From positions 60,388,001-60,452,000 of the forward strand of contig OX597819.1 of NCBI GenBank assembly GCA_951406725.2: a stretch of 64,000 bases of DNA, read 5' to 3'. A program made the translations under genes and the position numbers. The notes under the pieces were generated by a model that saw only the letters and a program-made list of their open reading frames with translations, searched no databases and had not been told where the DNA came from. How positions within the stretch are numbered: position 1 is the first letter of the stretch; each line of letters starts with the position of its first letter. Positions 63,201 through 64,000 of the stretch are shown piece after piece. The DNA is from Octopus vulgaris (Eukaryota).

Positions 63201-63385
63201 TAAATAATAAAATGAGATATACTCACCATACTAATCAATACAAGATCTGCTACATTGTGTGGATTTAGCCTACCAACCAAATCTTCAGCAGTGATGTCAA
63301 TAGCTGTTTGTTTCTGAGCAGTACTGGGCAGTTTTTCTTTACTTGGTGGTGCTCCAATCTCTTCCTCTTCCACATCAGGATCAGG
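34371..63385 (-). CDS. SYMPK: Symplekin (pre-mRNA 3'-end processing scaffold), 3' 21 coding exons, 886 aa; 5' end outside window
   Basis: 21 GT-AG exons join in frame (2661 nt). Diagnostic motifs: [148 protein letters not shown]. Confidence 0.96.
36162..36572 (-). mobile_element. tRNA-derived SINE family B, near-complete young copy
   Basis: Reverse complement of 10021-10455 along its whole length. Confidence 0.88.
36799..36906 (-). CDS. SYMPK: SYMPK exon
   Basis: [36 protein letters not shown]; cag/gtatg. Confidence 0.88.
37230..37717. mobile_element. piggyBac-type MITE family 2
   Basis: TTAA-CCCTTCATGGGTTAGCGGGG ... CCCCGCTTGCCCACAAAGGG-TTAA. Confidence 0.75.
38763..38939 (-). CDS. SYMPK: SYMPK exon
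   Basis: [34 protein letters not shown]...FTPHQ; cag/gtaag. Confidence 0.95.
39166..39268 (+). pseudogene. U6: U6 snRNA retro-pseudogene, full length
   Basis: ...GGCAGTACATATTCTAAAATTGGAATGATACAGAGTAGATTAGCATGGCCCTTGTGCAAGGACGACACGCAAATTCATGAAGTGTTCCATTT matches canonical U6 with several CpG transitions and ACAGAGA->ACAGAGT. The flank is another SINE rather than a snRNA promoter. Confidence 0.92.
39277..39507 (+). mobile_element. SINE family C (MetaSINE/Sauria-like core), fused downstream of the U6 copy
   Basis: Head GGCGGTGAGCTGGCAGAAACGTTAGC; core GTCAACTTTGCCTTTCATCCTTTCGGGGTCGATAAATTAAGTACCAG. Copies about 16230-16445, 29397-29615, 46428-46640, 58500-58705 (+), 40785-40978 and 62746-62962 (-). 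Confidence 0.85.
39936..40123 (-). CDS. SYMPK: SYMPK exon
   Basis: [62 protein letters not shown]; tag/gtatg. Confidence 0.95.
41036..41140 (-). CDS. SYMPK: SYMPK exon
   Basis: [34 protein letters not shown]; tag/gtatg. Confidence 0.94.
41657..42110 (-). mobile_element. Retroposon family D (RTE-like 3' tail, (GAT)n end) with internal ~60-bp tandem units
   Basis: Shared block GTTTCTACAGCTGGATGCCCTTCCTAACGCCAACCACTC. Copies about 2360-2820, 13655-13915, 15428-15820, 40257-40625, 47580-47790, 59746-60215 (-) and 8920-9098, 10865-11315, 12690-13010, 60300-60670 (+). Confidence 0.8.
42864..43083. mobile_element. piggyBac-type MITE family 1 (opposite orientation)
   Basis: TTAA TSD; reverse complement of 62483-62702. 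Confidence 0.85.
43491..43575 (-). CDS. SYMPK: SYMPK exon
   Basis: [28 protein letters not shown]; cag/gtaagt. Confidence 0.95.
44952..45052 (-). CDS. SYMPK: SYMPK exon
   Basis: [33 protein letters not shown]; tag/gtaaa. Confidence 0.95.
45387..45495 (-). CDS. SYMPK: SYMPK exon
   Basis: [36 protein letters not shown]; tag/gtaag. Confidence 0.95.
45738..45816. repeat. Near-perfect 39-bp-arm inverted repeat (hairpin)
   Basis: CTGAGAGATACCAGCATGCTTGAAATAGCAGTCAAAACC-A-GGTTTTGACAACTATTTCAAGCATGATGGTATCTTTTAG. Confidence 0.9.
45876..46083. mobile_element. Mariner-derived MITE in a TA repeat
   Basis: About 28-bp imperfect TIRs TGAGGGATTCTGAACAGTTCCTGGCTTT / AAAGCCAGGAACTTTTCAGCACCTCCTCA; internal GEHVE-stop resembles a mariner transposase C-terminus. 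Confidence 0.75.
47040..47109 (-). CDS. SYMPK: SYMPK exon
   Basis: [23 protein letters not shown]; tag/gtatg. Confidence 0.92.
48013..48103 (-). CDS. SYMPK: SYMPK exon
   Basis: [29 protein letters not shown]; cag/gtaagt. Confidence 0.92.
48360..49485 (-). mobile_element. Degenerate RTE-type LINE reverse-transcriptase fragment
   Basis: Minus-strand translation [35 protein letters not shown] (about 49130-49232) and [23 protein letters not shown] (about 48410-48480); many stops; ends approximate. Confidence 0.85.
49816..49897 (-). CDS. SYMPK: SYMPK exon
   Basis: [27 protein letters not shown]; tag/gtaagt. Confidence 0.88.
51769..51837 (-). CDS. SYMPK: SYMPK exon
   Basis: [23 protein letters not shown]; cag/gtatc. 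Confidence 0.88.
52636..52749 (-). CDS. SYMPK: SYMPK exon
   Basis: [38 protein letters not shown]; cag/gtagg. Confidence 0.92.
53233..53314 (-). CDS. SYMPK: SYMPK exon
   Basis: [27 protein letters not shown]; cag/gtatg. Confidence 0.92.
53749..53944 (-). CDS. SYMPK: SYMPK exon
   Basis: [24 protein letters not shown]...[20 protein letters not shown]; tag/gtaagt. Confidence 0.93.
55030..55116 (-). CDS. SYMPK: SYMPK exon
   Basis: [28 protein letters not shown]; cag/gtgagt. Confidence 0.9.
56246..56457 (-). mobile_element. Putative Penelope-like (PLE) terminal-repeat-derived element between TA repeats
   Basis: Flanked by (TA)n on both sides; carries hammerhead-like TCGACGA-AGAGCTCCGCTT-GAAACGTT on the minus strand. 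Confidence 0.5.
56502..56616 (-). CDS. SYMPK: SYMPK exon
   Basis: [38 protein letters not shown]; aag acceptor, gtaagt donor. Confidence 0.85.
56792..57002. mobile_element. piggyBac-type MITE family 3 (second copy inverted at about 34937-35154)
   Basis: TTAA-CTCTTTAGCATT ... AATGCTAAAGGG-TTAA; body is the reverse complement of 34937-35154. Confidence 0.75.
57750..57823 (-). CDS. SYMPK: SYMPK exon
   Basis: [24 protein letters not shown]; cag/gtaagt; phase fits. Confidence 0.8.
58711..58930. mobile_element. piggyBac-type MITE family 1, nested in a related older MITE (about 58395-59044)
   Basis: Same body as other copies; TSD degenerate. Confidence 0.8.
59091..59169 (-). CDS. SYMPK: SYMPK exon
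   Basis: [26 protein letters not shown]; cag/gtgagt; phase fits. Confidence 0.8.
59746..60215 (-). mobile_element. Retroposon family D
   Basis: Five tandem GGTGCTTTTTAYRTGCCAC...GGAGCCAGTC units; explains the repetitive 142-aa pseudo-ORF. Confidence 0.8.
61275..61433 (-). CDS. SYMPK: SYMPK exon
   Basis: [37 protein letters not shown]...; tag/gtaagt. Confidence 0.93.
62483..62702. mobile_element. piggyBac-type MITE family 1
   Basis: TTAA TSD and TIRs. Confidence 0.85.
63227..63385 (-). CDS. SYMPK: SYMPK exon (first in window)
   Basis: [14 protein letters not shown]...[26 protein letters not shown]; tag/gtgagt. Confidence 0.9.
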
Positions 63386-64000
63386 CTATTAATTATCGAA
63401 ATAGGTTTTTATTCATAAAAAGAGAAAGCATAGTGTTTATACAGATAAATACTTTTATGCGTAATTACAGGCTGAAAACTGTATTTATCTATTTCAGTAT
63501 ACAGATTTGAAATTATACTCTTTCTTTGTTTCGGGCAGCAACTATAAAGTGAGACAGCTTTAGAAGTTTCATCAATAATTCTTCAATTTCTGCTTAGCAT
63601 TTGATAACTATTTTAATTTCTGACAATAAAATCCGTCATAATAAATGAAATAAATAAAATGTGAAGGCACACAGCCTAGAGGCTTGGGCATCACACAAAT
63701 GATCGTAAGGTCATGGTTTCAGTTTCCAGACCGGGCAGCATGTTGTGTTCTTGAGCAAAACACTTCATTTCATTATTGCTCCAGTCCATTCAGCTGTAAA
63801 TGGGCTCCAGCAATAACTGGGAAGTTAACTCTATAATGGACTAGCATCTCATCCAAGTAAAATGCAAAGTCAAGCCTTCAAGGGCTAAGGCTTGCAAAAG
63901 TAAATTACCAAACTAATAACTTAAGATTGTTTGAAGAATTAACTAAAGGACAATTTAAACAAAGAATAGACAATCTGCTGCTACACACCTTTATCTCAAC

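Overview
AT-rich, repeat-dense eukaryotic DNA; the SINE/MITE content suggests an octopod cephalopod such as Octopus (inference from recalled repeat families). Two multi-exon housekeeping genes lie on the minus strand. (1) The 3' part of symplekin (SYMPK): 21 coding exons, 63385->34371, 886 aa, with its 5' end beyond the window. (2) A complete Sec1-family domain-containing protein 2 gene (SCFD2): 15 coding exons, 27224->2019, 683 aa, with a probable non-coding first exon near 28728-28770. I reconstructed all exons by hand, with GT-AG borders and consistent phases. Introns and the intergenic gap hold tRNA-derived SINEs, RTE- and CR1-type LINE fragments, a deleted Tc1/mariner element, piggyBac-type and mariner-type MITEs, a non-autonomous Helitron and Penelope-like remnants. 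Almost all ORFs in the supplied track are spurious or exon read-throughs. I found no new protein-coding system. The most notable items are a full-length U6 snRNA copy fused to a SINE inside one 13-bp target-site duplication, three degenerate hammerhead-ribozyme motifs in introns, and several inverted-repeat or hairpin structures that could be ADAR substrates.
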